64,000 nt of DNA from NCBI RefSeq assembly GCF_036971445.1, contig NC_091475.1:27590001-27654000 (forward strand). The letters are read 5' to 3'. Shown here one piece after another: positions 61,620 through 64,000 of this stretch; the first letter of the stretch is position 1, and each line of letters starts with the position of its first letter. The stretch comes from Narcine bancroftii (lineage: Eukaryota). The notes under the pieces were generated by a model. The model saw only the letters and a program-made list of their open reading frames with translations, was not told the DNA's origin and searched no databases. The position numbers and the translations under genes are program-made.

Positions 61620-62690
61620 AGATATTTTGTGTCCAGATTGTGTCACTCCTTTACTGGACTCAGGAACTTGGTGCTCTCTATTCTCTTCACTATTGAGCTG
61701 TAAAGGAAGTTCACAATCATCTCCTTTGCCTTATCCATGTTGAGATTTGGGCTGTTATTTTCATATCATATCTTGAAATTTTCCTCCTCTTCTCTGTAGC
61801 GCAACTTGTTGCTGATGAGGCCAACTACAGGTAGTTCTTGACTTCCAACCTACATGAGTTATGTCCACCCGCTCATATGACCAAAATTTTTAAAAAATCT
61901 TTATTGAAACTACTGTACAACTACATATTTTGTATTAAAAGTACTGTATACAGTGGTCGCTGCTCACCTTAGCAGCCTAAGGTCCCCATTATAGGTTCAT
62001 TTGTTGAATGTTGCATGACCTGAGGCATGAACAACGGAGCGAATTTGACATGACCAACCTGAGTTCAGTCAATCCTTTGGTCCCCATTACAGTCATAAGA
62101 CGGGACTACCTGTACTGTCATATCATCTGCAAACTTGAAGAATCTGTTGGAAATGGATATGGTGATGCATTTGTGGGTCAGTAACGTGAACAAGAGTGGG
62201 TTAAGAGCACAGCCCTGAGGTGTGTAGTGCTCAATGTGATGGTGCTTAACATACTGCTGCCAATCTGGACAGACTGGTCTTTCTGTTAGGAAGTCCAAAA
62301 TCCAGTCACAGAGAGGGCTGTTGGGATCCAGAGAGGAGAGCTTTCCCACAAACCTCTGGGGTATGATTGTATTAAACACTGAGCTGAAGTCAATGAAGAG
62401 CAGCCTAGCATATGAGGCATAGTTCTCCAGGTGGGACAGGATGGAGTGGACGGACAAATGGTCCAGTGTCTCTGGAGGCTCAAAGCATTTCATAATGGTG
62501 GAGGTCACTGTCACTGGTTGCTAGTCATTGAGACCTGTTACAGTTCTCTTGGGTACTGAGATAATGGTAGTGGGGATGATAGACTACTTTAGTGATGTAT
62601 TGAAGATGTCCATATGGACCTCCATTGCTTGGTCTGAGCAGTCCTCAGTATGTGACCAGGTACGTTGTCTGTCCTTGTCTTATAATGTAA
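61620..62690 (-). mobile_element. Rex1/Babar-like LINE fragment
   Basis: TSTIMKCFE, YARLLFIDFSS.FNTIIP, PQGCAL.PLLF and KFADD. Confidence 0.8.
61828..62112. mobile_element. Tigger/pogo-type MITE inserted in the Rex1 RT
   Basis: Inverted termini CAGGTAGT...ACTACCTG with TA on both sides. Confidence 0.8.
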
Positions 62691-62739
62691 GAGGGGAAAG
62701 CTTTATGGAGACAGTGGTGGAAATATGTTGGAAACCTGC

Positions 62740-64000
62740 AGTCAGACGAAGTGAGAGGAAACTTCCAGGCAAACCTCAAAGCAAAGCTCGACGTTGCAAC
62801 CCGCCTCACGGACCCGTCCCCTGAAACCCTCTGGGATCAGTTGAAGACTACCATACTGCAATCCACTGAAGAGGTACTGAGCTTCTCCTCCAGGAAAAAC
62901 AAGGTCTGGTTTGACGAAAACAGCCAGGAAATCCAGAAGCTGCTGGCAAAGAAGCGAGCTGCCCACCAGGCTCACCTTACAAAGCCGTCCTGTCCAGAGA
63001 AGAAACAAGCCTTCCGTCGCGCATGCAGCCATCTTCAGCGCAAACTCCGGGAGATCCAAAATGAGTGGTGGACTAGCCTCGCCAAACGAACCCAGCTCAG
63101 CGCGGACATTGGCGACTTCAGGGGTTTCTACGAGGCTCTAAAGGCTGTGTACGGCCCCTCACCCCAAGTCCAAAGCCCGCTGCGCAGCTCAGACGGCAAA
63201 GTCCTCCTCAGCGACAAGATCTCCATCCTCAACCGATGGTCAGAACACTTCCAATCTCTTTTCAGTGCCAAACGCTCAGTCCAAGATTCCGCCCTGCTCC
63301 AGCTCCCTCAACAGCCCCTAAGGCTAGAGCTGGATGAGGTTCCCACCCTGGATGAGACATATAAGGCAATCGAACAACTGAAAAGTGGCAAAGCAGCAGG
63401 TATGGATGAAATCCCCCCCAGAGGTCTGGAAAGTTGGTGGCAAAATTCTGCATACCAAACTGCATGAGTTTTTCATGCTCTGCTGGGTCCAAGGAAAGCT
63501 GCCTCAGGACCTTCATGATGCCATCATCATCACCCTGTACAAAAACAAAAGGAGAGAAATCAGACTGCTCAAACTAAAGGGGAATCACGCTGCTCTCCAT
63601 TGCAGGCAAAATCTTCGCTAGGGTTCTCCTTAATAGACTAATACCTAGTGTCGCCGAAAATGTCCTCCCAGAATCAGTGTGGCTTTCGCGCAAACAGAGG
63701 AACCACTGACATGGTCTTTGCCCTCAGACAGCTCCAAGAAAAGTGCAGAGAACAAAACAAAGGACTCTACATCACCTTTGTTGACCTCACCAAAGCCTTC
63801 GACACCGTGAGCAGGAAAGGGCTTTGGCAAATACTAGAGCGCATCGGATGTCCCCCAAAGTTCCTCAACATGATTATCCAACTGCACGAAAACCAACAAG
63901 GTCGGGTCAGATACAGCAATGAGCTCTCTGAACCCTTCTCCATTAACAATGGCGTGAAGCAAGGCTGTGTTCTCGCACCAACCCTCTTTTCAATCTTCTT
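62740..64000 (+). mobile_element. RTE LINE with frameshifts, running off the window
   Basis: The 3' part matches the reverse complement of the 28952-30590 copy. Frameshifts near 63415, 63545 and 63675. Confidence 0.93.

Overview
This is vertebrate genomic DNA, most likely from a cartilaginous fish (ray or shark), judged from the HE1/V-SINE, Deu-SINE, Penelope, Rex1, CR1, L1 and RTE repeat content. It holds the first two coding exons of a calsequestrin gene (probably casq2, minus strand), a complete ccdc181 CDS (plus, 5 coding exons, 543 aa) and a complete blzf1/golgin-45 CDS (minus, 6 coding exons, 402 aa). A CpG-rich bidirectional promoter at about 48.4-48.8 kb probably starts nme7, but only an ATG-plus-donor exon is visible. 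Most other long ORFs are transposon-derived. They include two decayed Gypsy elements with tRNA-Trp primer sites, an internally deleted young endogenous retrovirus with a perfect tRNA-Pro primer site, solo LTRs, several near-identical RTE LINEs, and Tc1, Tigger and hAT relics. Four things stand out. (1) An inverted copy of blzf1 exon 4 plus its splice donor sits inside a fold-back structure in intron 5. (2) A palindromic TG...CA element has a 5-bp target-site duplication (TSD). (3) A Tigger element resembling mammalian MER44/Tigger7 coincides with both N-gaps. (4) A hairpin in the ERV LTRs keeps its pairing despite sequence changes. All family and gene assignments come from recalled sequences and hand alignment, not from database searches.
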